From NCBI GenBank assembly GCA_036351515.1, contig JAZBPF010000334.1:1-13122 (forward strand): a DNA stretch of 13,122 bases, written 5' to 3'. The notes below the pieces were generated by a model. It saw nothing but the letters and a program-made list of their open reading frames with translations. It had not been told where the DNA came from and searched no databases. Below, piece by piece: positions 12,919 to 13,122 of this stretch. The DNA comes from Pseudomonadales bacterium. GTDB taxonomy: Bacteria; Pseudomonadota; Gammaproteobacteria; Pseudomonadales; Azotimanducaceae. How positions within the stretch are numbered: the first letter of the stretch is position 1; each line of letters opens with the position of its first letter. Position numbers and translations under genes: made by a program.

Positions 12919-13063
12919 CGCCGACTCCGTCCGCTTCCCGTGGGAAGCGCACGGAGTGCGCGAAGCCGACCCGCGCCACGCACTCCCCGCCTCGATCGCC
13001 GACTCCGTCGGCTTCCCACGGAAGCGCAGGGCGCGCGATCTCCGGCGCCGCGCCCGTGGGCGC
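12919..13063. repeat. Cluster of related palindromic (REP-like) elements just 3' of argE: two copies of GCCGACTCCGTC[C/G]GCTTCCC-loop-GGAAGCGCA (12919..12958 and 12998..13036, 78-nt period) plus a third hairpin GCGCCC-GT-GGGCGC (13050..13063)
   Basis: Copy A forms a 15-bp stem with one mismatch (ACTCCGTcCGCTTCCC gt GGGAAGCGcACGGAGT, 12924..12957), starting 14 nt after the argE TGA. Copy B keeps the inner stem GCTTCC-cac-GGAAGC. Loop sequences CCCGTGGG / CCCACGG recur. GAAGCCGAC (12962..12970) is also complementary to GTCGGCTTC (13007..13015) in copy B. No T-tract follows. Confidence 0.45.
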
Positions 13064-13122
13064 CGAGGGGTCACCGTGGCATCATCGCCGCCGACCGAGC
13101 GGGCCACCGACGAGCGATGGAC

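Noticed and set aside
12919-13063. Possible CRISPR array or tRNA in the 3' intergenic region
   Set aside because: There are only two or three repeat copies. The repeats are themselves palindromic hairpins with variable loops rather than conserved direct repeats separated by unique spacers, and no cas genes are present. No cloverleaf or GTTCRANYC T-loop was seen. A REP-like or terminator interpretation fits better.

Overview
This 13.1-kb window has about 73-75% GC and reads as proteobacterial (most likely gammaproteobacterial) core chromosome. It is almost completely filled by ten genes. Nine lie on the minus strand and one, argE, diverges on the plus strand.

Gene order, described along the minus strand:
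- A GspE/PilB-family secretion ATPase stands first, next to a possible terminator.
- An SPFH (stomatin/QmcA-like) protein follows, then glnE, the glutamine-synthetase adenylyltransferase.
- Next is ilvE, the branched-chain aminotransferase.
- It is followed by a Tat-exported S66 LD-carboxypeptidase and a ZIP-family metal transporter.
- nudF, the ADP-ribose pyrophosphatase, follows and is separated from the next gene by a terminator-like palindrome.
- The run ends with a DUF1249/YqiB protein and the 5' two-thirds of parE (topoisomerase IV subunit B), truncated by the window edge.

I could support no rRNA, tRNA, CRISPR array, IS element or integrase. The very long ORFs in the six-frame track (for example 4624..9075 + and 4619..8425 -) are antisense or off-frame artefacts of extreme third-codon-position GC.

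I do not see an unambiguous novel multi-gene system. The intergenic space is too small to hide one. The best candidates for a second look are:
- the orphan GspE-like ATPase, co-oriented with and immediately upstream of an SPFH protein that has no NfeD partner and overlaps the glnE start;
- a cluster of related palindromic (REP-like) elements downstream of argE;
- loss of cpdA and yqiA from the otherwise conserved nudF-yqiB-cpdA-yqiA-parE block;
- a Tat signal on the LD-carboxypeptidase;
- a perfect 19-bp palindrome followed by an AT-rich tract after nudF;
- a hairpin flanked by direct repeats in the divergent GspE-like/argE control region.

All homology statements come from my memory of the E. 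coli and Pseudomonas proteins, not from a database search.
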